Assembly (NCBI GenBank): GCA_965601435.1
Contig: CBFCWE010000009.1
Location: forward strand, 2,467 to 66,466
DNA: 64,000 nt
Reading direction: 5' to 3'
From: an uncultured Methanosarcina sp.
GTDB taxonomy: Archaea; Halobacteriota; Methanosarcinia; Methanosarcinales; Methanosarcinaceae
Both the position numbers and the translations under genes were made by a program. Shown here in pieces: positions 53,825-64,000 of this stretch. The notes below the pieces were generated by a model. That model did not search any database and was not told where the DNA came from. It saw nothing but the letters and a program-made list of their open reading frames with translations. Position 1 is the first letter of the stretch, and each line of letters opens with the position of its first letter.

Positions 53825-54628
53825 ATGTCTGCAGGTGGAGACGGAGGAGAAGCCAAAGGCGGCTTAGCTCCAAACACAATAATAGGAATCGGTGCCGCAG
53901 GCGGACTCATAGGAATTTACCTGGCGCACTTCCTGCCCGCAACATTCTCCTTCTTTGGAGGCATCGCAGCAATCTGTGCCATCGTCTGGGGAGCTGACGC
54001 GGTTCGCCGTGTTGCAAGCTACGGACTTGGTACAGGGGTTCCATCCATCGGTATGATCTCCCTTGGTATGGGTATTGTCACTGCCCTCTTCGGACTTTCG
54101 ATAGGCGGCGTTGCAGGCCCAATCGTATCCTTTATCTCAGCAGCAGTCATCGGTGCTATAATCGGTGTGCTTGCTAACAAGGTAATAGGAATGGGAATCC
54201 CGATTATGGAACGGGCAATGGTTGAAATTGCAGGCGCAGGAACCCTGGCAATCATCGGGCTTAGCACCGTCATTGCCGGAACCTTCGAATACGGAGCAGT
54301 ACTTGATACTGTAGTCTCAACCGGGTTTATCGCAATGATCTTCATCATTGGCGGAATGGGAATCCTTCACCCCTTCAACGCAAACCTCGGACCCGACGAG
54401 AAGCAGGACAGGACACTTATACTTGGTGTTGAGAAGGGAGCCCTTGCAATGGTCATTGCAGGTCTCGCATCCTCAATCAACGAAGGTCTTGGACCTGCCT
54501 TTGTCACAATTCTTGTGGGGCTCACTATCTGGTACCTGGCATTCAACAAGTACTTCGGATTCGTCAAGAGAGACGCATACGCAGTGGTTGGAACCGGCCT
54601 TCTGCCCAGTGAGGAGGAACTACAATGA
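53825..54628 (+). CDS. mtrC: Tetrahydromethanopterin S-methyltransferase subunit C
   Basis: Start at the ATG right after the mtrD stop ([13 protein letters not shown]...). Polytopic membrane protein. Confidence 0.9.
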   Translation: MSAGGDGGEAKGGLAPNTIIGIGAAGGLIGIYLAHFLPATFSFFGGIAAICAIVWGADAVRRVASYGLGTGVPSIGMISLGMGIVTALFGLSIGGVAGPIVSFISAAVIGAIIGVLANKVIGMGIPIMERAMVEIAGAGTLAIIGLSTVIAGTFEYGAVLDTVVSTGFIAMIFIIGGMGILHPFNANLGPDEKQDRTLILGVEKGALAMVIAGLASSINEGLGPAFVTILVGLTIWYLAFNKYFGFVKRDAYAVVGTGLLPSEEELQ

Positions 54629-54951
54629 GCATGATTCGTATAGCCCCCGAAGTACACCTGGTTCTGGACCCCGAAACCGCCCTTGTGGCAGAAGAAAGGT
54701 CAGACTCAATTATGTATTCCATGGAGCCGGTTTTCGAGAGGCTGGACAAACTGGAAGCAGTTTCAGGGGACCTTGTGAACTCCCTATCTCCCAGCATGCC
54801 GCTCCTGAACACCTGGCCCGGACGTGAGAACACCTCTTACCTGGCCGGAATCTACGGGAACTCCTTCTATGGACTTATCGTGGGCCTGGCTTTTAGCGGA
54901 CTGCTGGCATTGATCATATATATATACAGCCTGATGGGAGGGGTGATCTAA
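54625..54951 (+). CDS. mtrB: Tetrahydromethanopterin S-methyltransferase subunit B
   Basis: ATGA overlap. 108 aa, [17 protein letters not shown]..., single C-terminal TM helix. Confidence 0.9.
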   Translation: MSMIRIAPEVHLVLDPETALVAEERSDSIMYSMEPVFERLDKLEAVSGDLVNSLSPSMPLLNTWPGRENTSYLAGIYGNSFYGLIVGLAFSGLLALIIYIYSLMGGVI

Positions 54952-54952
54952 A

Positions 54953-55675
54953 ATGGTAGATAAAAGAGATCCAGCCCCGGGATGGCCAATCCTGAAAGGT
55001 GAATACGAAGTCGGCGACGTACAGGGCTGTGTTGCTGTAATCACCTGCGCATCACACCTTGCAGGTAAGCCGGTACTCGATGCCGGAGCAGCAATTACAG
55101 GATCCTGTAAAACCGAGAATCTCGGCATAGAAAAGGTCGTTGCCCACGTAATTTCAAACCCTAACATCAGATACCTGGTCGTAACAGGAGCAGAAGTTAA
55201 AGGGCATATTACGGGACAGGCAGCGATCAGCCTGCACGCAAACGGTGTGAAGGACAACAGGATCGTAGGCGCAATCGGAGCCATTCCGTACGTCGAAAAC
55301 CTGAATCCCGAAGCAGTTGAACGCTTCCAGGCACAGGTCGAGACCGTCGAACTGCTGAACACCGAAGATATGGGTGTCATCACTGCCAAGGTAAAAGAAC
55401 TCGTTTCAAAGGACCCAGGAGCCTTCGATGCCGAACCCCTGGTCGTTGAGATCAGCGAGGAAGGCGAAGGCGAAGAAGATGTTGGCGTCGTTAGACCGGT
55501 CTCGGGAGAAATCGCAACAATCCGCAGCCGGTTGAAGGGTATTGAAGCCCGGATGCTTGACATCGGAAACCTGAACAAGTTCCACTCAGGGATTCACGCC
55601 GGCAAGGTTGAAGGTGCCATGATCGGACTGACTGTAACCATATCCCTGCTTGGGTTATTACTTCTCGGGAGGTAA
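54953..55675 (+). CDS. mtrA: Tetrahydromethanopterin S-methyltransferase subunit A (corrinoid-binding)
   Basis: ...[26 protein letters not shown]...[20 protein letters not shown]..., C-terminal TM helix. Confidence 0.95.
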   Translation: MVDKRDPAPGWPILKGEYEVGDVQGCVAVITCASHLAGKPVLDAGAAITGSCKTENLGIEKVVAHVISNPNIRYLVVTGAEVKGHITGQAAISLHANGVKDNRIVGAIGAIPYVENLNPEAVERFQAQVETVELLNTEDMGVITAKVKELVSKDPGAFDAEPLVVEISEEGEGEEDVGVVRPVSGEIATIRSRLKGIEARMLDIGNLNKFHSGIHAGKVEGAMIGLTVTISLLGLLLLGR

Positions 55676-55899
55676 TGAAAATGGCAGAAGAAGGACAAGG
55701 CGTCCCAATGGTGCTTAACCCCCAGATGGGTGCAATCGATGCTACTGTTGAGAGCATCCGGTACAGAGCGCAGTTGATTGCGAGGAACCAGAAGCTAGAC
55801 TCCGGGGTTATGTCCACCGGGCTTATCGGCTTCGCACTGGGTTTCCTCTTTTCACTGGTGATGGTAATCATACTCCCATTAATCATCTGGGGTCTTTAA
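55675..55899 (+). CDS. mtrF: Tetrahydromethanopterin S-methyltransferase subunit F
   Basis: 74 aa, a single TM helix at the C-terminus, position between mtrA and mtrG. An alternative ATG lies at 55681. Confidence 0.85.
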   Translation: MKMAEEGQGVPMVLNPQMGAIDATVESIRYRAQLIARNQKLDSGVMSTGLIGFALGFLFSLVMVIILPLIIWGL

Positions 55900-55912
55900 A
55901 GAGGTGAATAAT

Positions 55913-56131
55913 ATGGATGGAAAAGCACCAGCCGCATTTGTAGATCCAGATGAGTTTAGTGAAGTATTGAAGAGGCTTGACCTGATCGATGAAAAGGTCG
56001 AGTTCGTCAACAGTGAAGTTGCGCAGAGAGTCGGAAAGAAGGTAGGAAGAGACATTGGAATCCTTTACGGCGCAGTGATCGGACTGCTTCTCTTCCTGAT
56101 CTATGTCTCGGTATCATCAATGTTCATATAA
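55913..56131 (+). CDS. mtrG: Tetrahydromethanopterin S-methyltransferase subunit G
   Basis: GAGGTGA Shine-Dalgarno 5 nt before the ATG. MDGKAPAAFVDPDEFSEVLKRLDLIDEKVEFVNSEVAQRVGKKVGRDIG plus a TM helix. Confidence 0.9.
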   Translation: MDGKAPAAFVDPDEFSEVLKRLDLIDEKVEFVNSEVAQRVGKKVGRDIGILYGAVIGLLLFLIYVSVSSMFI

Positions 56132-56144
56132 GTGAGGGATCAAA

Positions 56145-57092
56145 ATGTTCAAGTTTGATAAGAAACAGGAAGTTTTTGAAATTGGTGGAGTCAAGTTCGG
56201 CGGGCAGCCGGGTGAGTACCCGACCGTGTTAGTTAGTACCATGTTCTACGCAAGGCACAAGATCGTGACCGACGAGGACAAGGGGCTTTTCGACAAAGCA
56301 GCTGCAGAAACCCTGTGGAACACACAGGTTGAACTGAGTGACGCAACCGGAAACCCCTACGTAAACCAGATTGTAGGAGAAACCCCCGAAGCCATCAGGA
56401 ATTACATTGACTGGTTCCTCGGAATCGATGACAAGACCCCCTTCCTGATCGACTCTTCCGCCGGAGAAGTGCGCGCAGCCGCTGCCCAGTACTGTACCGA
56501 AATCGGTGTCGCTAACAGGGCAATTCACAACTCCATCAACGCAAGTATCGAACAGGACGAAATTGACGTCCTCACCGAGAGCGATGTGGAAGCAGCCATC
56601 GTGCTGGCCTTCAACGCAACCGACCCAACCGTCAAAGGTAAACTCGACATCCTTGAAGTCGGTGGTTCCGGACAGGACAAGGGTATGCTCCAGATAGCCA
56701 AGGAATGTGGGATCACGATCCCCCTTATCGACGTGGCAGCAATGCCCCTCGGTGCAGGCTCAGGCGCAACCATCCGCTCAGTCCCGACCATCAAAGGCAA
56801 GCTCGGCCTGCCTGTAGGCGGTGGATACCACAACATGGCATCCGCATGGGACTGGTTAAGGAAGTTCAAGAAGACTCAGCCCGACCCGAAGTCAATCTAC
56901 ATGCCTTCTGACATCGGGACCAACCTGGTAGCCCAGATCGCAGGTTCTGACTTCCTCCTCTACGGCCCAATCGAAAATGTCGAAAAGGTCTTCCCGGCTG
57001 TCGCAATGGTCGACATCATGCTCGGAGAAACCGCAAAAGAACTCGACATCGAGATCGCTGTGGAGAACCACCCGGTCAACCAGCTGACATAA
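56145..57092 (+). CDS. mtrH: Tetrahydromethanopterin S-methyltransferase subunit H
   Basis: MFKFDKKQEVFEIGGVKFGGQPGEYPTVLVSTMFY..., a soluble 315-aa pterin-binding-like protein. Last gene of the operon. Confidence 0.95.
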   Translation: MFKFDKKQEVFEIGGVKFGGQPGEYPTVLVSTMFYARHKIVTDEDKGLFDKAAAETLWNTQVELSDATGNPYVNQIVGETPEAIRNYIDWFLGIDDKTPFLIDSSAGEVRAAAAQYCTEIGVANRAIHNSINASIEQDEIDVLTESDVEAAIVLAFNATDPTVKGKLDILEVGGSGQDKGMLQIAKECGITIPLIDVAAMPLGAGSGATIRSVPTIKGKLGLPVGGGYHNMASAWDWLRKFKKTQPDPKSIYMPSDIGTNLVAQIAGSDFLLYGPIENVEKVFPAVAMVDIMLGETAKELDIEIAVENHPVNQLT

Positions 57093-57134
57093 GTTCAAAA
57101 AAGTTATATCTTAAAACCGGATGGAAACACCCGG

Positions 57135-57178
57135 AAAGCAAAGTGGAATGTTTTCCCTTTGCTTTTTCTTTTGTTTTT
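57135..57178 (+). terminator. Putative mtr operon terminator
   Basis: A 9-bp stem AAAGCAAAG/CTTTGCTTT with a 13-nt loop, followed by TTCTTTTGTTTTT, ~45 nt after the mtrH stop. Confidence 0.55.
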
Positions 57179-57189
57179 AACTTCTTTTA

Positions 57190-57289
57190 CAGGGCATTTT
57201 ATATTTCTGTTACTATGTTGTGTAGCATTTTGTGTAGTTTTCAGGGTATTTTATATTTCTGTTACTATGCTGTGTAGCATTTTGTGTAG
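57190..57289 (+). repeat. Two 48-nt direct repeats (52-bp period), each containing a TATA-like TTTTATATTT
   Basis: CAGGGCATTTTATATTTCTGTTACTATGTTGTGTAGCATTTTGTGTAG (57190-57237) and a near-identical copy (57242-57289, 2 mismatches). The sub-repeat TAGCATTTGTGTAGACTTCTTG continues to about 57351. Confidence 0.85.
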
Positions 57290-58306
57290 ACTTCTTGAGA
57301 TAGCATTTGTGTAGACTTCTTGCATGAACATGTTATGTTAGCATTTGTGAATTTCCCGTTTTTGAATGTCAATATCTTCTTTTCTCACAAATTTTGAGAC
57401 AAACATGTAGAAAGCATTAGAAATTGGTTGATAAGAGAATATAATAAAAGTGTAGATGTTTTAAAAAAATATGAAAATTCAAAAAAGATTAGAAAGAAGA
57501 AAAAAAGGTAATGTGTAACCTGACCGAGTGCTGATCGAAAAATCGTCAGCATTCGACCAGGAATTGTGCGAATCCACTCCCAAACCCGCTGTTTACGTAG
57601 AGGGCCAAGTGCCATTGTCCAAGAACTTATTCTACGAACAACAAAGAATTGAGGCAAACTTAGAGAGGGGAAGAAACCTATACCCCTTCTGCAAAGGTAT
57701 GCAAACGTATGTTCACATCCTTAAAACCTCATTCATTATTCAGACCCCACGTCCATTTCATTCAACAGGAATGCGAACCCCAATCCACATTCCAATTTTG
57801 CCGTTATTTACAAAAGATAGACTATCATAACAAATATAAATAGTAAATTGTGAATTTGGTGCCAAATATTTTTTAAAGTGTCACTGATAGTATTTTCAAA
57901 GATTTTGGTAGTACAGAAGTCACAAGAGTTAATATTCCGGTTTACAACAAAGTGAAAGGAAGAGAAGGAGATTTGGTCTTTACAGTAAAAACGCAGGCTA
58001 TATTGGGACCTATTTTATCAATAGTGCCTTTTGATAAAAGTTCTCAAAAAATAGCACTAAATAGAAAGATTTAATATCCAATAATACTTCACCAATATTA
58101 TAGAGGATATGCAAAAGATCTTTAGGAGTTGATAAATATATTTTAGAACAGTTGGATCTTAAAATCCAGTGTTCTGACCCGAATTTATTAAAATCTAACG
58201 CAGATTCGTTCAGAACATTATTTGTGGACCGCCACATACGGGATCAAAATACAATATATTGATTTATAGAGGAACAAAAGCTGCATTACTTGTGTTGGGT
58301 GGTAAA

Positions 58307-59404
58307 ATGCTGATTCGAAAAAATATATCCCTTGATGACAAATATCTTAAAAAATTACAGCCGCTTCTGGACGCCAATGACGGGAACCTGAGTGCTGCAA
58401 TCAGGGATACTATTGCAGTTGCCGATACTGCGCTTACCTATCATAACAGTATTGACGAGGCAATCAAATTTTTAAAAGAAGCTCCGTCTGGAGAAGGTAT
58501 AAATGACACAATCCAGAGCGGAGAAAATATCCTTATAAATAAGACAATGCTCGAATGGCTCTTCAGGTACACCAAAGGCAGGCTTACAGAAGAAGAACTG
58601 GTAAATGAGCTGATAAATCCTTATGAAGTTCAGGATATGAGAGAACTTGAAGAGTACCTCAACAGGGCTGCCCGGAGCTACCAGTGGCCCATCCATACTT
58701 CAATCAAATGTGAAGACATCAATAACCCTGATTCCGCCCTTGTCATTTTTTCAAACTCCACAGTAAACAACCGGGATTTTTTTGCCCAACTTGTGGCCCA
58801 TTTCCTGGCGAAATGGATGCAGCTCGATGTAGAACACATTTTCCGAAGAGCAAATTCTACTCAGATCTCTTTCAAAAAGAACCTCTCGATTTCCCCGAGT
58901 GAAACCATGCCCGGTATAAGGAAACACTTCGGGTACTTTGATATCGTGTGCAAAGAGCTCGACGACAACACAGAGTTCTGGACGCAGCTCATGTACACCT
59001 ACAACGTGGAACGATATAACCTCGTAACCCTGCACAGGAACCAGTTTGAAACCTTTGCCGCAGGGAATGCTCCAAACCCCACTAAAATTCTGGAACGCCT
59101 GTGCAAACAGTCCTTAAACGAAATGACCCTCCCCGACCTGCTGATTGCATTCAAAAGAATGTACCTGGCAACCCAGCTTGTAAAGAACATAGAAGTCTAC
59201 CTGGAACCCGGGAAGGAATCCGTGACGATCTTCCACGACTTTAAAAATGAAAAGGTAATTTCCAACCTTGTGGAATATTTCTCCAACATATTCAAAGAAA
59301 AAGGCATTCCTTTTGAACCTGCAGCTTATGCCAGCATGATAGTGTTCAGGTTCAACGACGAATCCGGACCTATCAATGGTTCCAACTCCCAAAAATTATC
59401 TTAA
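58307..59404 (+). CDS. Hypothetical protein with N-terminal ribbon-helix-helix (CopG-like) motif and ~320-aa uncharacterised C-terminal part
   Basis: MLIRKNISLDDKYLKKLQPLLDANDGNLSAAIRDTI resembles an RHH beta-strand plus helix-helix. The ORF track starts at 58259 with a non-ATG codon. Confidence 0.5.
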   Translation: MLIRKNISLDDKYLKKLQPLLDANDGNLSAAIRDTIAVADTALTYHNSIDEAIKFLKEAPSGEGINDTIQSGENILINKTMLEWLFRYTKGRLTEEELVNELINPYEVQDMRELEEYLNRAARSYQWPIHTSIKCEDINNPDSALVIFSNSTVNNRDFFAQLVAHFLAKWMQLDVEHIFRRANSTQISFKKNLSISPSETMPGIRKHFGYFDIVCKELDDNTEFWTQLMYTYNVERYNLVTLHRNQFETFAAGNAPNPTKILERLCKQSLNEMTLPDLLIAFKRMYLATQLVKNIEVYLEPGKESVTIFHDFKNEKVISNLVEYFSNIFKEKGIPFEPAAYASMIVFRFNDESGPINGSNSQKLS

Positions 59405-59526
59405 ACCCAAAAAATGTTCCCAAAAAAGGGAAACTTCACCAGAAGCAGGAAGTTTCCCCAAAACCCTATCTTACAAAACCACCTTTAAAACCAGACCAGT
59501 CCAAAGGATTCCTGCATAGGAAGGGA

Positions 59527-61074
59527 TTAACCTTTTGCAACACCGAGGGGCAGGACACGTGCAACCTTCCGGGCAATCCCGAGTTCATGCACCACATTTA
59601 CCACCTCACTGCTCGACTTGTAAACTTCGGGGGCTTCTTCTGCAATAACAGACGGGTGTGTGGCCCTTACCGTAATCCCCATGGCTTCAAGTTTCTCCTT
59701 TATGCTCTCTCCCCTGAATTCCTTCTTGGCGTGCGCCCGGCTCATGACCCTGCCAGCCCCGTGACAGGCGCTTCCGAAAGAGATATCCATTGCCTCTTTC
59801 GTACCGCAGAGAATATAGGAAGCAGTCCCCATACTACCAGGGATCAAAACAGGCTGTCCGACATCCCTAAACGCTGCCGGGACCTCCGAGTGGCCAGGGG
59901 GAAAGGCTCGGGTAGCTCCTTTCCTGTGCACGTACACTTCCTTTTTCTTGCCTTCGATGAGATGTTCCTCGAGTTTTGCCACGTTATGGGCAACATCGTA
60001 GAGCAGGTCCATTCCAAGCTCATCGGAGTCCCTGCCAAAAACCTGTTCAAAAGTTTCCCTTGTCCAGTGAGTGATAACCTGCCGGTTCGCCCAGGCATAA
60101 TTTGCAGCGCAGAGCATTGCCTTAAAATAGGACTGAGCTTCCTTTGACTGCGCCGGAGCGCAGGCAAGCTGCTTATCAGGGATCTGGATGCCGTACTTCT
60201 TCACGGCCTGGGCCAGGGTCTGAAGGTGATCCGTGCAGATCTGGTGCCCGGCACCTCTGGACCCGCAGTGGACCATAACCGTGACCTGCCCTTCCTCAAG
60301 CCCGAAAGCCGAAGCCACTTCCCTATCATAAATCTCGTCCACATACTGGACTTCCAGGAAATGGTTCCCACTTCCCAGAGTACCGAACTGGGGTTTCCCT
60401 CGCTTTCGGGCTTTATCGCTAACATATGCGGGATCTGCCCCTTCAAGGAACCCGTACCCTTCACAGTGCTCAGTGTCGGCTTCCACCCCGTAACCGGATT
60501 CCACGGCCCACTTTGCCCCATGCAGGAAAGCATCGTCCAGCTCTTTATCAGAAGCCCTTATTCGGCTTTTTGAGCCGACTCCGGAGGGGACATTTTTGAA
60601 AAGGCCTTCCGTAAGCTCCTTAATATGAGGGACCACCTCCTCCTTTTGCAGGTTCGTCTTTATCAAACGGACTCCGCAGTTGATGTCAAAACCCACTCCA
60701 CCGGGACTGATAATCCCCTCTTCACTATCAAAGGCCGCGACCCCGCCGATGGCAAAGCCGTACCCCAGATGAGCATCCGGCATAGCCATAGAATATTTCT
60801 GAATTCCAGGAAGGGTTGACACATTTGCAATCTGGTCAATTGTGCCCGGATCGATGCTCGCAAGCAGTTTTTCGGACACAAAAAGGCGCCCTGGGACCTG
60901 CATTCCAGGAGTGTGACCAACAGGGATTTCCCAGCTGTTATCGGAAAGCTTTCGAACCATACCCCTCACACTCGTAAGCATACTTTCCGGCCCTTCACTT
61001 TCTGTCCCTTCACTTTGCGAACCCGCGCTCCCTAATCCTCCACATTCCGATCCTGTCTCCTCATTTGCATTCAT
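59527..61074 (-). CDS. rtcB: RNA-splicing ligase RtcB (3'-phosphate/5'-hydroxy nucleic acid ligase)
   Basis: ...[21 protein letters not shown]...GVGFDINCG...[10 protein letters not shown]...[10 protein letters not shown]...HNVA...HRKGATRAF... GAGGTGGA Shine-Dalgarno before the ATG at 61074. Confidence 0.95.
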   Translation of the reverse strand: MNANEETGSECGGLGSAGSQSEGTESEGPESMLTSVRGMVRKLSDNSWEIPVGHTPGMQVPGRLFVSEKLLASIDPGTIDQIANVSTLPGIQKYSMAMPDAHLGYGFAIGGVAAFDSEEGIISPGGVGFDINCGVRLIKTNLQKEEVVPHIKELTEGLFKNVPSGVGSKSRIRASDKELDDAFLHGAKWAVESGYGVEADTEHCEGYGFLEGADPAYVSDKARKRGKPQFGTLGSGNHFLEVQYVDEIYDREVASAFGLEEGQVTVMVHCGSRGAGHQICTDHLQTLAQAVKKYGIQIPDKQLACAPAQSKEAQSYFKAMLCAANYAWANRQVITHWTRETFEQVFGRDSDELGMDLLYDVAHNVAKLEEHLIEGKKKEVYVHRKGATRAFPPGHSEVPAAFRDVGQPVLIPGSMGTASYILCGTKEAMDISFGSACHGAGRVMSRAHAKKEFRGESIKEKLEAMGITVRATHPSVIAEEAPEVYKSSSEVVNVVHELGIARKVARVLPLGVAKG

Positions 61075-61511
61075 ATTTATAATCCACCTCTCCTCTGGGT
61101 TTTATAATTATGCTTCCCTGGACTTGCGTCCCTGAACTTAACCCTGAAATTCTTCTACCCATACCCGAAATGCCTGAAACCATCTTCCAGGACAGATTTT
61201 CCGAAAGGGGGCTGCAAACTCAGGTTCCGTAGTCCAATAATTCATGATACAATGATTTTGTAGTACAGTCATTCATACGGGCATTTTCCGCACAATAATT
61301 TTCAGGTCAATGGTTCGTTCCTTAATACAATGATTCTAAAACGTGATGATAATGATTCACATAAGGAAAATATGAATATGGTACTGTATGAAAGAAACCT
61401 GAACAAAAAAGTGGACAGAAAAGTGGACAATCCAGGATTACCAGGAGCTTCATTTATCCATGAACCTGAGAAAGTATTTTCCAAGCCACCGGAACCTTAA
61501 AAAGCCGCCAA

Positions 61512-61952
61512 TTAAAGGTCCACAACCACCTGAGCCACCCAACCCTCAGGCGTCTTTTCAAGTTCAAGCTGGTTGTAGGTAACCGCCTTGATCTCGGTTT
61601 CGAAGGAATGAATTTCAAGGTTCCATTTATCCCCCAATGCCCGGGCTGTCAAAGAGTATTCGCCTTCCTCTTCCCTGATCTCTTCTACCCTGAATTCTCC
61701 GAAGATGGTTTCCTCCACTTCAAAGAGAAAAAGAAGTTCAGAAAGCCAGTCAATAAGCAAGGTATCCAGGCCCGGGGATTTAAGGGAAATTTCCAGCGAG
61801 GTATCTACAAGGACTTTTTTAGTGTCAATCATCACGTTGAACATGGCAAGAGCTGCATTTTCAAAAACTTCTTCCAGGGTTTTACCATAAGCCCGGAACT
61901 TCGCATCTGCCGTATGTTCAAGGTATTCGTACTGCTCAGGTTGAGGCGGCAT
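61512..61952 (-). CDS. Archease (RtcB activator family)
   Basis: ...YEYLEHTADAKFRAYGKTLEEVFENAALAMFNVM...IKAVTYNQLELEKT..GW.A.VVVDL. Confidence 0.9.
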   Translation of the reverse strand: MPPQPEQYEYLEHTADAKFRAYGKTLEEVFENAALAMFNVMIDTKKVLVDTSLEISLKSPGLDTLLIDWLSELLFLFEVEETIFGEFRVEEIREEEGEYSLTARALGDKWNLEIHSFETEIKAVTYNQLELEKTPEGWVAQVVVDL

Positions 61953-62071
61953 AGTCCTGTATTGGGTTTTGTGTTACATTAAGTTTATCCGCCACAAGAG
62001 CCTGTTTTTATCCAGGGAGGGAGTATTCACTCCCGGAAAAGTTTCCGGAAAAACTGAGAGGAGACCTTAGT

Positions 62072-62680
62072 TTACAGCCGGTTCCAGATGTAATGTATCC
62101 TCTGAAAAGCCGTTATGTGACTGGTCAATGCAATCAGGGTGACGGCCCAGCCCAGGATAGAAAAGCCAGCGATGGTAGCCGGATAGGCAAAATTTACGAA
62201 GGCAGAGAGAATGATAACCACCAGACGGTCAGCCCTGCCCATGATCCCTCCGTAGTACCTTCCAAGAGAAAGGGCCTGAGCCTGGGTCCCCAGGTAGCTT
62301 GTCAGCAGCACACCCACGATTGCCGCGACCCCTATCTGCCAGGGCACGTAGCCTGCAAAGAAGATGCTGCAGATAATAAAGACGTCAGAATAGCGGTCGA
62401 TAACATGGTCCAGGAAATCTCCCCTGGCAGTGGCCTTGTTTGACTTCCGGGCAACCGCCCCGTCCAGAGCGTCCAGGACAGAATTCAGCACAACGAAGAT
62501 ACCCGCCAGGAGGACGAGGCCCCGGGCTACCGGGGAGTAGTAAAAGCAGAGCCCGGCAATAAAGGCACAGATAAGGGAAGCTATGGAAACCACATCAGGA
62601 GAGATACCCTTCCGGATGAAAAGGTCTGCCAGCGGTTCAATAACTTTTGAGGCGAAGGGTCTCAGGGCATCGAACGTCAT
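62072..62680 (-). CDS. CDP-alcohol phosphatidyltransferase family protein (archaetidyl-lipid head-group synthase type)
   Basis: Motif DALDGAVARKSNKATARGDFLDHVIDRYSD (D-x2-DG-x2-AR...G-x3-D-x3-D). Polytopic. Confidence 0.8.
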   Translation of the reverse strand: MTFDALRPFASKVIEPLADLFIRKGISPDVVSIASLICAFIAGLCFYYSPVARGLVLLAGIFVVLNSVLDALDGAVARKSNKATARGDFLDHVIDRYSDVFIICSIFFAGYVPWQIGVAAIVGVLLTSYLGTQAQALSLGRYYGGIMGRADRLVVIILSAFVNFAYPATIAGFSILGWAVTLIALTSHITAFQRIHYIWNRL

Positions 62681-62924
62681 GGTACTCGGAAATCTTTTTT
62701 ATTTTTAATATCCGTGATGGAAAACTGCCACATGAAAAAGACGCAAGTTTTCTCCTTTCGTATGCCTATCAGGAGATACTTGACATATGATGTTCTGTCT
62801 TTACCTATCTTGTTATATTTATACTTACGTCTACACCCGGGGGAATGCACACTTTATATAGACAGCATAGACAAACATAATATAGACAATTATAAACAAT
62901 TATAAACAATTATACTTTTTTATT

Positions 62925-63530
62925 TTATCCCCTGTAATTTCCGGCCCCTTTTGCGGCAAGTTCATAGAGATACTTAACTCTGCACGAATGCTCAAGCTGT
63001 GTGGTCGCGACATAAGCCTCACTGAGGACTCTTCCCACGGCGAAAGTCCCATGGCTATAGACCACAAGCCCCCGGTGCTTTGAAAGCTCTTCCGCAGTAT
63101 TTTCCGCAAGCTCCCTGCTCCCGATACCCCCCTTAACCACAGGGATTTCACCCAAAAAGTACTGCCCCTCGCTGTCTACAGGCTCTATTGCCCCGCCTGC
63201 TCCCGCCAGCAGGGACTCCACCACCGCATAAGGGCAGTGGGCGTGAATAATTGCAAGGGCAGAAGTCCTCCGATAAATCTCCCGGTGCACCACCGTCTCC
63301 GAGGACGCAATCAGGTCCATGGAAGAGGTCTCCTCGATCCCAACCTCTACAACACTGTCTTCCGTAATCTCATCAAGGGCAGACCCACTCCTGGTAATAA
63401 TCATCCGGTCTCCCGCCCTGACACTGATGTTCCCGAAATGGGACTCTACAAGCCCGTGTTCCACCAACTTGCGCCCGTATTTTGCAATTTCCTGCCACAT
63501 CTTAGGCAAAGTATAGTGGAAGAGTGCCAT
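62925..63530 (-). CDS. Class II aldolase/adducin-domain protein
   Basis: ...HFGNISVRAGDRMIITRSG...SSETVVHREIYRRTSALAIIHAHCPYAV... Confidence 0.8.
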   Translation of the reverse strand: MALFHYTLPKMWQEIAKYGRKLVEHGLVESHFGNISVRAGDRMIITRSGSALDEITEDSVVEVGIEETSSMDLIASSETVVHREIYRRTSALAIIHAHCPYAVVESLLAGAGGAIEPVDSEGQYFLGEIPVVKGGIGSRELAENTAEELSKHRGLVVYSHGTFAVGRVLSEAYVATTQLEHSCRVKYLYELAAKGAGNYRG

Positions 63531-63789
63531 AAGTTTTATGCGCCGTACCCAACCCTATGAGATAGAAATCTGAAAAGAAACAGGGAAAATAAAAAAAAGG
63601 CAGGAAAAATAAAAGAAAAAAAGGCAGGAAAAGGAAAAGAAGCGGGGAAAACAAAGAAAACACGAAACATGGAAGAGCCAAAAGCAGAAAATACTGAGGA
63701 CGGAGTACTGAGGACAGAGCAGCGAAAATCTGCCATAAGATTTATCTGTGAGTATTGTATTTAGATAAGTCTGCAAGCGCTTTCATCTT

Positions 63790-63863
63790 GCCTCGTTGGC
63801 TCAGCCCGGTAGAGCGAGTGACTTGTAATCACTAGGTCGCGAGTTCGAATCTCGCACGGGGCT
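63790..63863 (+). tRNA. tRNA-Thr (anticodon UGU), no encoded CCA
   Basis: Hand-folded cloverleaf. Acceptor GCCTCGT/ACGGGGC (one G-U pair). D arm GCTC-AGCCCGGTA-GAGC. Anticodon arm AGTGA-CTTGTAA-TCACT. Variable loop AGGTC. T arm GCGAG-TTCGAAT-CTCGC. Discriminator T. Confidence 0.9.
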
Positions 63864-64000
63864 TGCATTTGCTTTTTGTTTGAAGCCTTCCGGCTTCTTT
63901 CATTCTTATTTAATTCTTATAAGACATGCTTATTTTAATTCCAGATAGTTTACCTGTCAACCTCTTTAATTTTCAATTTTTTTCAATCCTTGTTTTTCTG

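Noticed and set aside
57385-58237. ORFs of 75-100 aa on both strands (57385-57657, 57528-57830, 58010-58237) in the AT-rich region after the mtr operon. Checked for transposase or IS remnants.
   Set aside because: There are no recognisable transposase motifs, no terminal inverted repeats, low-complexity translations and no start-site support.

Overview
This is a 64-kb chromosomal segment of a Methanosarcina-type methanogenic archaeon, inferred from gene content and operon order. All family calls come from reading motifs by eye; no database search was run.

Core content:
- The complete molybdenum formylmethanofuran dehydrogenase operon fmdEFACDB (18405-24323, minus strand).
- The complete methyl-H4SPT:coenzyme M methyltransferase operon mtrEDCBAFGH (52187-57092, plus strand).
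- Two separate molybdate/tungstate uptake loci: modABC-modD-DUF364 (11134-15865) and wtpABC plus a modE-like regulator (44269-48014).
- A flavoprotein/redox island containing two decayed gene remnants (6496-10663).
- One Nik/Opp-type ABC importer bracketed by two paralogous methyltransferase + binding-protein gene pairs (25033-33598).
- An RND/MMPL-type exporter with two S-layer-like partner genes (39411-43971).
- Housekeeping genes: SRP19, RNase P Rpp21, RtcB, archease, a CDP-alcohol phosphatidyltransferase and tRNA-Thr(UGU).

Most interesting observations:
1. A low-GC, translationally coupled two-gene cassette (16225-18008) sits between the Mo-transport and fmd operons. It encodes an ABC/AAA_21-type ATPase and a small PIN-like nuclease. 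This resembles ATPase+nuclease defence pairs, but I do not recognise the PIN effector pairing as a named system.
2. The cassette is bracketed by inverted copies of a ~50-nt hairpin repeat. The hairpin stem covaries between four copies in the window, and a second inverted pair brackets only ~160 bp.
3. An 18-bp palindromic motif, TATGT-N8-ACATA, occurs four times. All four copies lie upstream of Mo-related operons: once before modA and three times in the fmd upstream region.
4. Several short tandem-repeat arrays lie in promoter or junction positions.
5. A single-G frameshift sits at the start of the RND exporter gene.
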